Shown in pieces: positions 20,181 through 29,789 of a stretch of DNA of 64,000 bases. The stretch spans positions 5,120,001 to 5,184,000 of the forward strand of contig CP170459.1 in assembly GCA_047947115.1 (NCBI GenBank), given 5' to 3'. The first letter of the stretch is position 1. Every line of letters begins with the position of its first letter. The notes under the pieces are model-generated. The model was not told the DNA's origin and did not search any database. It saw nothing but the letters and a program-made list of their open reading frames with translations. The stretch is from Verrucomicrobiota bacterium. Lineage in GTDB: Bacteria; Verrucomicrobiota; Verrucomicrobiia; Limisphaerales; AAA164-E04. The position numbers and the translations under genes are program-made.

Positions 20181-23021
20181 TCAAGCGGTTTGAGTTGTCG
20201 ACGCGGACACGGCTTCGATGCAGCGAGGGCAGATTTCCGGATGCTCCGTGTGGCTGCCGACTTCGGTTTCCCAATGCCAGCACCGTTTACACTTGGAACC
20301 ATCCGCTTTTTCAACACGCACAACGACGTCCGAACCGCTCTCAAAGACCAGTTGCGAGACATTCATGATCTCGCGCAGCACGGCTTGGTGTGCGTTTGCC
20401 GCTTCCAATTCGGCCTCAGGCAACTGTATCACGAGCCGGGCTTCCAACGCTTTGCCGATGAGTTTTTCACGCCGGGCGTCTTCCAGTTTGGACAAAGCCT
20501 GATCCCGCCACTCCAACCAGCGGCCCCATTGTTCACGCTCGGCATCACTCAGGTTGAACACCTGCGGTTGCCATTCCTGCAAGTGCACCGTGTCCGTCTC
20601 TTGATTGCCAGGGATGTATCCCCAAGCTTCATCCGATGTGAACACCAGTATCGGAGACAGGGCCTGACTCAATCGACGCACAATATGATGCAACACGGTC
20701 TGGGTTGACCGACGTGCATGTGAATGGGCGGCATCGGAATACAGCCTGTCTTTCACCAAATCGTGGTAAATGGATGAAATCTGAACAGCGGTAAATTGAC
20801 TGATCTTCTGGTAAACGATGTGGAACTCATACTTCTCGTAGCATTCGAATACCTGTGCTTCGACCGCAGACCAAGCATCCAGCATCCAACGATCAAGTGG
20901 CGTCAACTGATCATGCGGCACCGCATGCTTCTCCGGATCGTAGTCGTAAAGATTGGACAACTGAAATCTCAGGGAATTTCGCAGCAACCGATACGTTTCT
21001 GCAACGGTCTTGATACGCTCTTCACTGACCACGATGTCGTTTCGGAAATCCTGGGATGCCACCCAGAGACGCACAATGTCCGCTCCATAAGTACCAATGT
21101 AAGCTTCCGCGGTTTGCGGTTTTTCGTATCCGCCCTGCCCTTGTTTGCTCTTTGAAATTTTCTCCTTGTCCGCATCCACCATGAACCCATGGGTCAACAC
21201 CTCCTTGTAAGGAGCCGTTCCATGGGCTGCGAGTGAGAGCAATAACGACGATTGAAACCAACCGCGATGCTGATCACTGCCTTCGAGATACAGGTCAGCT
21301 TGCCAGGGTTTAGGCTCGCAATCGGTCTGCCCTTCCTTGGAACGACGCTGCAATTCCTCACGCGCCATGATGACACTGCGTGATGAACTCCCGGAATCAA
21401 TCCAGACATCCAGAGTGTCCGTGGACTTGGCCACCGCTTCGGCTCCGTCCCAACCTTCAGGGCGAACATTTTGCCAGAGACTCTCCGCTGTTTCAGAAAA
21501 CCAGATATTGGAACCATGTTCCTCGATCAGCCCGGCAACGTTCTTGACGATGCGTCCATCCAGCAAGGGATTGCCGTCGGCATCATAAAAGGCGGGGATG
21601 GGCACACCCCAGGTGCGTTGACGTGAGATACACCAGTCGGGTCTGGATTGAACCGCGCCTTCGATCCGGTTGCGTCCCCATTCGGGCACCCATTGGACTT
21701 GGGCAATTTCATTCAAAGCCTTTTCCCGGAATCCATCGTGATCCACATTGATGAACCATTGATCCATGGCCCGGAAAATGACGGGCGTTTTACTGCGCCA
21801 GCAATGCGGGTAACTGTGTGTGTAATCCTGGTGAAGCAAGAGCGCGTTCTTACCTTTCAAGACTTCCAGCACTGCTTCATTGGCTTCGCTCTTGCCCTGC
21901 TTTTCTAAAATAGATTTGCCGATCAATTCCTCCGGCATTTGTTGTTCCGCCGGAAGGTCGGTGGTGTGCGCCAGGCAACCTCGATCATCCACAGGAGAAT
22001 AAATCGGCAAACCTGCCTGCATGCCCAAACCATAATCCTCCAGACCATGACCGGGCGCAATGTGAACGAAACCGGTACCGGTGCTGTCATCCACAAAATC
22101 AGCATCGTGCAATTTGCCTGTCCGATCGCAAAATGGATGTTCATATTCGATCTGCGCCAACTGTGTGGCATCCAGACTCCGGACAATCTGGTAGTCCTCC
22201 CACCCCATTTTCTCCACCAAACCATCCAGCAAGCCCACGGAAAGGATATAAGATTCATCCCCAACCTGGATCTGGGTGTATTGGAATTTGGAACTGAACG
22301 CCACGGCCAGGTTGGCGGGCAAGGTCCAGGGCGTGGTGGTCCAGATCAGGACAAAGAGGTTGGGTTCGCCTTTGACCTTGCATTTGACATAGATACTGGG
22401 GCTGACGTGATCGGCGTATTCCACCTCGGCTTCCGCCAGGGCAGTTTGACAGGGAATACTCCAGTAAACCGGTTTCTTTCCGCGATAAACAAATCCCTGA
22501 TCGATCAAATCCGCAAATAAACGCAACTCCGAAGCTTCGTATTCCTTGTCCAGGGTCAGGTAAGGCTTGTCCCATTCTCCCAAAACTCCGAGGCGTTTGA
22601 ACTGGGTTCGCTGCAAATCGATATATTTCCGGGCATATGCATCACACGCGGTCCGGATCGCGGCGGCATCGCCCATATCCCCGCCTTTCTTGCGCATTTC
22701 CTGCACCACCTTGAACTCAATCGGCAGACCATGGCAGTCCCAACCGGGCACATACGGAGCATGCAGCCCTTTCTGCGTGTTGAACTTAAGAATAAAATCC
22801 TTGAGAATCTTGTTACCGGCGGTACCGATATGCACGTCTCCGTTGGCAAACGGAGGTCCATCGTGCAACAGAAAGACTTCGCGATCCTTGCGGGACTCCT
22901 TGATTTGATCATAAAGACCGGATTTCTCCCAGGCCTCCAGACGTTGTGGCTCGCGTTTCACCAGATCGGCTTTCATCGGAAAACCGGTCTGCGGTAGATT
23001 TAATGTATTCTTATAGTCCAT
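20181..23021 (-). CDS. ileS: Isoleucine--tRNA ligase (type 1)
   Basis: YKNTLNLP, DGPPFANG.VHIGT, GWDCHGLP, WTTTPWT, DWCISRQR, EGSDQHRGWF, KISKS and a C-terminal Zn finger. Confidence 0.97.
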   Translation of the reverse strand: MDYKNTLNLPQTGFPMKADLVKREPQRLEAWEKSGLYDQIKESRKDREVFLLHDGPPFANGDVHIGTAGNKILKDFILKFNTQKGLHAPYVPGWDCHGLPIEFKVVQEMRKKGGDMGDAAAIRTACDAYARKYIDLQRTQFKRLGVLGEWDKPYLTLDKEYEASELRLFADLIDQGFVYRGKKPVYWSIPCQTALAEAEVEYADHVSPSIYVKCKVKGEPNLFVLIWTTTPWTLPANLAVAFSSKFQYTQIQVGDESYILSVGLLDGLVEKMGWEDYQIVRSLDATQLAQIEYEHPFCDRTGKLHDADFVDDSTGTGFVHIAPGHGLEDYGLGMQAGLPIYSPVDDRGCLAHTTDLPAEQQMPEELIGKSILEKQGKSEANEAVLEVLKGKNALLLHQDYTHSYPHCWRSKTPVIFRAMDQWFINVDHDGFREKALNEIAQVQWVPEWGRNRIEGAVQSRPDWCISRQRTWGVPIPAFYDADGNPLLDGRIVKNVAGLIEEHGSNIWFSETAESLWQNVRPEGWDGAEAVAKSTDTLDVWIDSGSSSRSVIMAREELQRRSKEGQTDCEPKPWQADLYLEGSDQHRGWFQSSLLLSLAAHGTAPYKEVLTHGFMVDADKEKISKSKQGQGGYEKPQTAEAYIGTYGADIVRLWVASQDFRNDIVVSEERIKTVAETYRLLRNSLRFQLSNLYDYDPEKHAVPHDQLTPLDRWMLDAWSAVEAQVFECYEKYEFHIVYQKISQFTAVQISSIYHDLVKDRLYSDAAHSHARRSTQTVLHHIVRRLSQALSPILVFTSDEAWGYIPGNQETDTVHLQEWQPQVFNLSDAEREQWGRWLEWRDQALSKLEDARREKLIGKALEARLVIQLPEAELEAANAHQAVLREIMNVSQLVFESGSDVVVRVEKADGSKCKRCWHWETEVGSHTEHPEICPRCIEAVSASTTQTA

Positions 23022-23135
23022 CGGTAGGAACTTTCCAAGGCGGGCAAAGGTATCAACCTGCACCCAAGGTGTCAACGTGCGGCAATAGGGAAGGGATAAA
23101 GAGACAAAGGTACACCAATTTTACTGTAAGTGATG

Positions 23136-23570
23136 TCACCCTATAATGTTCACACCTTTGATTGCAAAGGATTGCGATGCAGCCAAGAGATGCCTGTCGT
23201 TCGAATAGATCTCCCGAAATCCATTTTCACGGGCACATACCAAGTGAATGGCGTCATTAGTCCGAATATAAATATTTCTATCCAGCCGTCGAATAAGTCT
23301 ATTTACAGACGTAAGCAATGATTCGCTTAAACCGAAAAAACACCATTATCCGTTCAAACAGTCACTTTCAAAACTATCCAATACTTGCGTGGCCTGCTTG
23401 GCGTCCAAACGGCTTTCTCGCATTTGCCGATGCACCGCAGCCGCAAACTCGACTTTCGCAAGAGTGCATGAGGCCAAACCATCGGCCGCTGCTGTAAGTC
23501 TGCGAACTTCGGCCGAACCATTTTCAGTAAGGTAGCACTTGATGATATAACAAGTGTCCAAATAAATCAT
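23136..23570 (-). pseudogene. vapC: VapC-like PIN-domain toxin with an in-frame TAA at 23346-23348
   Basis: MIYLDT...VEF...DCLNG*WCFF...RTNDAIHL...SNDRHL; the two listed ORFs are in the same frame and give 144 codons together. Confidence 0.85.
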
Positions 23571-23574
23571 GCTC

Positions 23575-23808
23575 CTACCTTTCCCGATCCTCACAAATCA
23601 ACAACGTGGATTCCGTGTCAACAGTTGGTCTTTCTGTCCCTTCCCAATGGCCTTCTGGTAATGGCTGAACGGTATGAGTCGATGTCTCCGATGAGGTAAG
23701 GAAAGCCACAGGCCGTCCACGATCAGTGACGACCAAAGGCTCTTCTCCCACTGATCGCACAATGCGGCCGGTTGCAGCGTGCAGTTCGCTAATTGAAACT
23801 GTCTTCAT
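23575..23808 (-). CDS. Phd/YefM family antitoxin
   Basis: MKTVSISELH...PLVVTDRGRPVA; 77 aa, immediately upstream of the PIN gene. Confidence 0.85.
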   Translation of the reverse strand: MKTVSISELHAATGRIVRSVGEEPLVVTDRGRPVAFLTSSETSTHTVQPLPEGHWEGTERPTVDTESTLLICEDRER

Positions 23809-23892
23809 GCTTACAATGTGGTAGAAGAAGCGGGATTGCTCAATTAAAAAATTGGGTGAAAACAACTACTCTCAAGAGTTAATCAACTATAA

Positions 23893-25335
23893 ATGTACGA
23901 CTTGCAACCGGTTGATGTCCAATTTAAGGTCCGTTACCAAGTCACTGCCACAACCATGAATCTCATGACAAGACTTAAAAGCCTCCATTTCATCCTACCG
24001 GGAAAAAGCGGGGTGGTCGTGTTGGTATTTTTTGGGTTGGTTGTTGTGGGCATGCTTTGGAATGAAAGCTTAAAACCACGTTATCTGGGCAAGACAAAGG
24101 AAGCATGGTTGCGGGATTTCTCGGCGGGCAACAATGGAGTCATCTCCGCTGAAACGGAACTCAGTCCTCGCCAAAAACAAGCCATAAAGGCATTCCAACA
24201 TTTCGGGAAAGAGGGATTTGATTATTTGGCAGAGCAAATGGCCTTTACCCCAACTACGTTTCATAAAATGATGGCTTGGCTTCATCGATATCAATGGTTT
24301 CGAGACCTGGGCATCCCATTCGGCAATGGTCAGGCGGCAGGCGCTTATTTTTTACTACGCCATCTTGATGTCCCATACAACTGGGTCGAACCCCATTGGA
24401 AAGCCTCCGGAAACAAGACATCTGTCACTGATTACTTCAAACTCAACCTGGTTCAAAGTGTCACCAATCGCCTTGATGAACTCGTTCCCGAAGTCGCCAG
24501 CTACCTCACACATACCAATCAGGTTGTTCGTCAAAATGCTGTTGTGGCATTGAACAAATGCTACGAACCGGGGCGTTTTTATCCTGAAGTCGAACCTCTC
24601 CTGATAGGCCTGCCCCCCAGCCAATGGAGCATACGTCCGCTCATGGAAATTTTAGCCAAACACGCCATTCAGTCACCTTGGGCTCAGCAGGAATTAATGA
24701 AAGCTGTCAATCATCAGGATCCATCCATATCGAAGTTTGCAACCGTCGCGATGGCATCGAATCCTGCCATGCACACTGAAACCATGGCACACATCAAAGA
24801 TCTCATCCAACAATCAATCCAACGAGCGGAAAAACATCCAAACGCCATCATTTCCATTCCCTGGCTTGAAGCTTTCAAAACCGTCAACATCACTTTGGAT
24901 GATTCCCTAAGACATTCACTTCTTGAGCTGGCACAACATGCTTTCACCGGGGAGTTTTTTCAGATTCTAGACATTCTGGAACATCATTCCTGGGAAAAGA
25001 ACAAATATGTGGTTTCGTTGGTTCGTCAAAGAATGCAACCTCCGGAATACATGGGATATTACGAATTTCAGGCTTTTCTCTGGCTTCTGGATCGAGATCC
25101 TGAAGACGCAGAAACATGGGCAACCTTCGATCGCATCATGGAAAAAGAACGCCCCATTGAAATGCCTCATAACATTCGATGGCTTGCCCTCATGAGTTCC
25201 CCATCCAAAGCTGCGGAAACGCGACTCTGGATGTATGCGGCATCGATCCACGAACCCACCCGACTAGCCGCCGAGGAAACGTTGGCTGAGCTGAAGACCA
25301 AGGGGTTACTGAGTGAATTCGAAATGAAAAATTAA
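23893..25335 (+). CDS. Hypothetical membrane-anchored helical (HEAT-like) protein
   Basis: 480 aa ORF with an N-terminal TM segment, then P.YLGK...W and AFQHFGK; start may be a later Met. Confidence 0.75.
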   Translation: MYDLQPVDVQFKVRYQVTATTMNLMTRLKSLHFILPGKSGVVVLVFFGLVVVGMLWNESLKPRYLGKTKEAWLRDFSAGNNGVISAETELSPRQKQAIKAFQHFGKEGFDYLAEQMAFTPTTFHKMMAWLHRYQWFRDLGIPFGNGQAAGAYFLLRHLDVPYNWVEPHWKASGNKTSVTDYFKLNLVQSVTNRLDELVPEVASYLTHTNQVVRQNAVVALNKCYEPGRFYPEVEPLLIGLPPSQWSIRPLMEILAKHAIQSPWAQQELMKAVNHQDPSISKFATVAMASNPAMHTETMAHIKDLIQQSIQRAEKHPNAIISIPWLEAFKTVNITLDDSLRHSLLELAQHAFTGEFFQILDILEHHSWEKNKYVVSLVRQRMQPPEYMGYYEFQAFLWLLDRDPEDAETWATFDRIMEKERPIEMPHNIRWLALMSSPSKAAETRLWMYAASIHEPTRLAAEETLAELKTKGLLSEFEMKN

Positions 25336-25366
25336 ACTCTCACAAAGGCACCAAGGCACGAAGTAA

Positions 25367-26722
25367 ATGCATCAGGAATCACCAGCATCAAACAGTGACG
25401 GAAGGGTCAAGAAAAGGTGGATAGCTCTGGGCTTGATCATCCTGGCCTTTGTTTTTTGGAAAGGGATGCATCCGACCTACCAGGGGCATGGTATGCAATA
25501 TTGGTTCGATGTTTACACAAAGGATGGTGTACAGGAACACCCTCACAAACCCATCCCCCCTTTGACTTCTGCACAGAAGGAAGCATTGGATGCATTTCAG
25601 CATTTTGGAAAGGTTGGGTTGAATTATCTGATTGATTTGGCCACTCAGGACTATAAACCTACAAAGTTTGTTGAAGGAATCGAGTCAATATTAGAAAGCC
25701 TGCCTTGGAGATCCAGAGGTAGCTTCGAGGTGGCACGGCATTACCAAATAGTCACCTCCTGGGAGTTATTGAGACAGCTGGGTGTTCCTTTTAGACTGGC
25801 TCAATCATACGGGGAATCCTTTAAAGGTGAATCCGACCCAAAAATGCTTGCGAAAGCGATAAGCCCCTTTCAGTGGGTTACCAACAATTTCGATGAAGTT
25901 GGAAACAAAATCTCCTATTACCTGGATCATGAAAATTCCAGTCTCCGATGGAATGCCCACAGAGCACTCGAGAACATGTCTGTAAGTACAGAAATCCACG
26001 CAAAGGACTGGGCCGAGAGATTGACTGAACGCCCCAACTACTACCTGATGGCCAAGTGGGCAAAAAAGTCTTCGGTCTTCGAGGAAGATCTACTCACACG
26101 CTCACAATCATCAAAACCAAGGGAATCATTCAAAGCTATCGCTTGTCTTGCCACCGCATTTCCAGATGCACCAAAATACCGAAAACAACTTCTCGAACAT
26201 TTAACAATTACACCAAAGTCAACCGCCTCAGAGGCAGCGGGTGTTCAATCCAACATTTATTTCCTAATCGCCATCGACTTTCCTTTTCAAACCATCTATC
26301 CAGAACTCATCGAAATTGCGAAAAACGCGGATATGGCTCTATTGGCTATAGCGGAATTACTCCAGGACGAAAACTTGGATGTAAAACCCCTGCTATCAAG
26401 CTTGGAAAAAGTGCTGGCAGGAGCTGCAACCAAATACCATCACTTTAATCAGCATCTGACGGCATCACTGTTCCTATTACAACAAGACCTTCATGATGCC
26501 AAAGCCTGGTCATCTATCGAACAGGCATGTGCCGGCCCTGTAAAAGGAGGGACGCAACAGGATCAATTCATAGGCATCGTCCAATCACTGGCTCCGCACT
26601 GCAAAGAAGCACAAGACATTATTGAAAGAAATCCTGGGGTATCCAAAAAACTTTGGTTAACAAAGATAAGCGCCGCCAATTTTCGAATAAGACAGTATGG
26701 ATTGAGCAAACAATTTGCATGA
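25367..26722 (+). CDS. Hypothetical membrane-anchored helical protein, paralog of 23893-25335
   Basis: 451 aa ORF; TM segment, P.YQG...W and QKEALDAFQHFGKVGLNYL shared with the upstream gene. Confidence 0.78.
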   Translation: MHQESPASNSDGRVKKRWIALGLIILAFVFWKGMHPTYQGHGMQYWFDVYTKDGVQEHPHKPIPPLTSAQKEALDAFQHFGKVGLNYLIDLATQDYKPTKFVEGIESILESLPWRSRGSFEVARHYQIVTSWELLRQLGVPFRLAQSYGESFKGESDPKMLAKAISPFQWVTNNFDEVGNKISYYLDHENSSLRWNAHRALENMSVSTEIHAKDWAERLTERPNYYLMAKWAKKSSVFEEDLLTRSQSSKPRESFKAIACLATAFPDAPKYRKQLLEHLTITPKSTASEAAGVQSNIYFLIAIDFPFQTIYPELIEIAKNADMALLAIAELLQDENLDVKPLLSSLEKVLAGAATKYHHFNQHLTASLFLLQQDLHDAKAWSSIEQACAGPVKGGTQQDQFIGIVQSLAPHCKEAQDIIERNPGVSKKLWLTKISAANFRIRQYGLSKQFA

Positions 26723-26850
26723 GCCCGCTGAACAACACAGTGCGGTTGACTTGAAACACCTGACGGACCAAGCACGCGCCAGCGATTCAGATGCAGGGTA
26801 TTGGATCCATTCAGGCCTCCCTATACATGCAATGGAACACCCACCATTGA

Positions 26851-27453
26851 CTATTTATTATTCACCATTTTTAATTCAAAAGCATCGGCCAGTTCCAGCA
26901 AACCGTAAACCAAATCATTCCGGCCACATTCGATTTGGACGATGTAGAGTCCTTTGCGAAAAGTAAGGGATTGAAAAAGCCCATGGTGGGTCCAACAAGC
27001 TGCTTCTCCTACCTGCGGCAACTCATCTTGATTGAAAGGAGCTTTCTTCAAAATCGCCTTCCACGCCAAGTCCATTAAATCTTTGTCTTCCCAACGATAA
27101 ATCACGCAATGATGTCCCCCGGTGTTGATCGCCAGGTCCTTCTTCCCATAATGAACCCGAGCATAGGCTTCGCACCCCAGGGATTGTATTTTGCGTTGCA
27201 TGAAATCCATCGCGGCTTTGGGGTCGGGCTGATCGGAATACACAAAAGTCGAGGGCTGAACGAGGGGCTCCAGATACTGAACCAATTTACGTTCGCTCCA
27301 ATCCCCTTCAATCGCGTCCATCATGGGATAAAGAACTGTTACGGCCCGTTTATCCACTGCTTGCTTTTCCTCAGCAGTTGCCAAGCCCAACAAGCACCAA
27401 ACCGTTAAGGCATACGCCAGCCCCATACGAAAGTAATTAAACAAACCCCTCAT
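26851..27453 (-). CDS. Hypothetical exported protein
   Basis: About 200 aa ORF with a signal-peptide-like N-terminus (…LLGLATA-EE); start uncertain (27453 or 27426). Confidence 0.65.
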   Translation of the reverse strand: MRGLFNYFRMGLAYALTVWCLLGLATAEEKQAVDKRAVTVLYPMMDAIEGDWSERKLVQYLEPLVQPSTFVYSDQPDPKAAMDFMQRKIQSLGCEAYARVHYGKKDLAINTGGHHCVIYRWEDKDLMDLAWKAILKKAPFNQDELPQVGEAACWTHHGLFQSLTFRKGLYIVQIECGRNDLVYGLLELADAFELKMVNNK

Positions 27454-27517
27454 ACCTACAAAATCTCCTCTCCGCGTCTCTGCGTCTCTAGTCCCGCATG
27501 CGGTACGGGCATGAGCT

Positions 27518-27550
27518 AAAAAAAAAGCCCTCCCACTCAGGAAAGGCTTT
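27518..27550 (-). terminator. Intrinsic terminator after the prepilin-type gene
   Basis: Minus strand AAAGCCTTTCC-TGAGT-GGGAGGGC followed by T9. Confidence 0.75.
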
Positions 27551-27575
27551 CGAAAAAACGACACGCATCAGCCCC

Positions 27576-28394
27576 TCAATCATAACCCTGTTTGCGCTGG
27601 CGTGGATCCCAGAATTCGAGATTCACATCGGTCCCCGTTCGAGCTGGATCAGTGGGCGGGTTAATTTTCTCGGATTTTCGGAAATCAGCGTGACCGTCAT
27701 TGAACATCACATTACCGCCACCCTCATGGCGATTGGGATCGACACCTTCCAAGGCGTCCCCCTGACTGAAACCGGAAGTCGGCCACCAAAGGCTGCTACT
27801 CCAGGCGCCATCAGGTTTGGGCATGGAATCACCCACCACCAGGTTCATGGATGGGCTGCGCACATTGGATCGTTTAAAGTTGGGTAAAGAGTCAACTTTT
27901 CGCCCATTGATGGTCAACGTTCCGCCTCCATAGGGATGAATTCCCAGGAAGAATGCGTTGTAACCGTACCCCACCTTGTGTGCATCGAAAGCCCATTCCC
28001 AATCCACGTTCAAATCCTGACGACGGCGTTTGAGTGAATGACAGCGGAACAAATTGGACATATTGCCTTCCGGGATAATGGTCGTCCCCCACCAATTGGT
28101 CAGTATCTGAGCCGTGGAGGTGGTTCCATTGTTGCGGTGGGGAGGAAAGGTATCACTGTTGTCATCGGTATAAAACTGCATGAAAAGACCAATCTGACGC
28201 AGGTTGTTCATGCAGGCAATCCGTTGTCCCTTCTCCTTCGCCTTGCTGAGTGCAGGCAACAACATGCCCGCCAGAATGGCAATGATGGCAATGACCACCA
28301 GCAGCTCGATGAGAGTAAAAGCCCTCAAGCCCCACTTAGTTTTTGGCACGACGGTGCCGGACAATGCATTAACCGTGTTAGGGATCATGGTCAC
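27576..28394 (-). CDS. Prepilin-type N-terminal cleavage/methylation protein with H-X9-DG domain
   Basis: [34 protein letters not shown] and [13 protein letters not shown] motifs. Confidence 0.92.
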   Translation of the reverse strand: MTMIPNTVNALSGTVVPKTKWGLRAFTLIELLVVIAIIAILAGMLLPALSKAKEKGQRIACMNNLRQIGLFMQFYTDDNSDTFPPHRNNGTTSTAQILTNWWGTTIIPEGNMSNLFRCHSLKRRRQDLNVDWEWAFDAHKVGYGYNAFFLGIHPYGGGTLTINGRKVDSLPNFKRSNVRSPSMNLVVGDSMPKPDGAWSSSLWWPTSGFSQGDALEGVDPNRHEGGGNVMFNDGHADFRKSEKINPPTDPARTGTDVNLEFWDPRQRKQGYD

Positions 28395-28607
28395 ATCAAT
28401 ACTGGATCAGTATTTTTTGGCAATGATAAACTTGGCAAACATGCAAAAGTGGGTGCGATTAAATGTGCGGGATGAATGGATTGTTGTTTCTCAATTTGAA
28501 AATTGACGGATCAGTTCCATGGGCGAAAATACCTTCCCTGCTAGATATGCTTAAGTCTTGTCGCCCATGTGGATTTCATCCAATCTTAGCTCAAATCCAA
28601 TTTAATC

Positions 28608-29570
28608 ATGAAAAAAGCAACAACAATACTGGCGTTGGCAGGTATGGCGCTGATGACAAACCTGGAAGCAGCCGACAAAATGAAGGCGCTCATCATCGAC
28701 GGACAAAACAACCACGGCATTTGGCCAAAGACCACGGTGATGATGAAATCCTATCTGGAGAAAAGCGGCCTGTTCACCGTGGATGTCGCCCGGACCGCTT
28801 TTACATGGCAGGGTGATAAGCTCATCCCTCAATACCCGGTCAAACTCGACCACGAAACCCAGGCCTTGCCCAAACCCAAATCAGACCCAAATTTCACCCC
28901 CACTTTCTCCGATTACGACCTGGTCGTGTCCAACTTCGGTTGGAATACCGCCCCTTGGCCCGATGCAACCAAAGCCGCCCTCGAAGCCTACATCAATGAT
29001 GGCGGGGGACTGGCAGTCGTCCATGCAGCCGACAATTCATTTGCAGAATGGCATGAATACAATCGCATGATCGGTCTCGGAGGATGGGGAGATCGCAATG
29101 AGAAATCCGGTCCATACGTCTACTATGATGACCACGGCCACCTGGTGCGCGACACCTCCCCGGGCCGCGGCGGATCGCATGGCAAACAGCACAACTATCT
29201 GGTCGAAACACGCGACGCCGACCATCCCATCACCAAAGGTCTCCCAAAGAAATGGCTGCACGCACAAGATGAACTTTATGATCGCCTGAGAGGACCGGCC
29301 GAGAACATGAACGTCCTAGCCACCGCCTTTTCGGATAAGGAAACTGGCGGCACCGGCAGGCATGAACCCATGCTCATCACCATTGAATACGGTCAAGGCC
29401 GCGTCTACCACACCCCCATGGGCCATGCCGATTATTCCATGGAATGCGTCGGATTCATCACCACCTTTGTCAGGGGCGCCGAATGGGCGGCAACAGGAAA
29501 AGTCACCTTGACAGAGGTTCCCGAGGATTTCCCTTCTCCAACCGAGGTCAAGCAACGCAAATTTGACTGA
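28608..29570 (+). CDS. ThuA-like (GATase-fold) exported protein
   Basis: Signal peptide; ALIIDGQNNH, GGGLAVVHAA, HPITKGLP, DELY and GRVYHTPMGH motifs. Confidence 0.88.
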   Translation: MKKATTILALAGMALMTNLEAADKMKALIIDGQNNHGIWPKTTVMMKSYLEKSGLFTVDVARTAFTWQGDKLIPQYPVKLDHETQALPKPKSDPNFTPTFSDYDLVVSNFGWNTAPWPDATKAALEAYINDGGGLAVVHAADNSFAEWHEYNRMIGLGGWGDRNEKSGPYVYYDDHGHLVRDTSPGRGGSHGKQHNYLVETRDADHPITKGLPKKWLHAQDELYDRLRGPAENMNVLATAFSDKETGGTGRHEPMLITIEYGQGRVYHTPMGHADYSMECVGFITTFVRGAEWAATGKVTLTEVPEDFPSPTEVKQRKFD

Positions 29571-29609
29571 TTTGATCGACATTTCCAAATCAGATCGTTT
29601 TTTCATGTG

Positions 29610-29640
29610 ACCCGAATCAAGCTCTGATTCGGGTTTTACT
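29610..29640 (+). terminator. Intrinsic terminator
   Basis: ACCCGAATCA-AGCTC-TGATTCGGGT perfect stem followed by TTTACT. Confidence 0.7.
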
Positions 29641-29789
29641 TTGAAACAACCATCAAGTTTGAATTTGAACTTCAAAATCAACTCACCTCGCTTGTGTCAA
29701 TCGCTCACACTCAAATTGAAGGATTTTTGCAACAAAATCGGGCGTTGATCAGTATGTCTTAAAGATCTATGCTGATGGCGATAGAAATA

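Noticed and set aside
23346..23348. Selenocysteine or pyrrolysine recoding in vapC
   Set aside because: The codon is TAA, not TGA or TAG, and it is not at a catalytic position
23076..26850. Integrative element or prophage next to ileS
   Set aside because: No integrase, transposase, tRNA or att-like direct repeats seen; only a TA module and hypothetical genes
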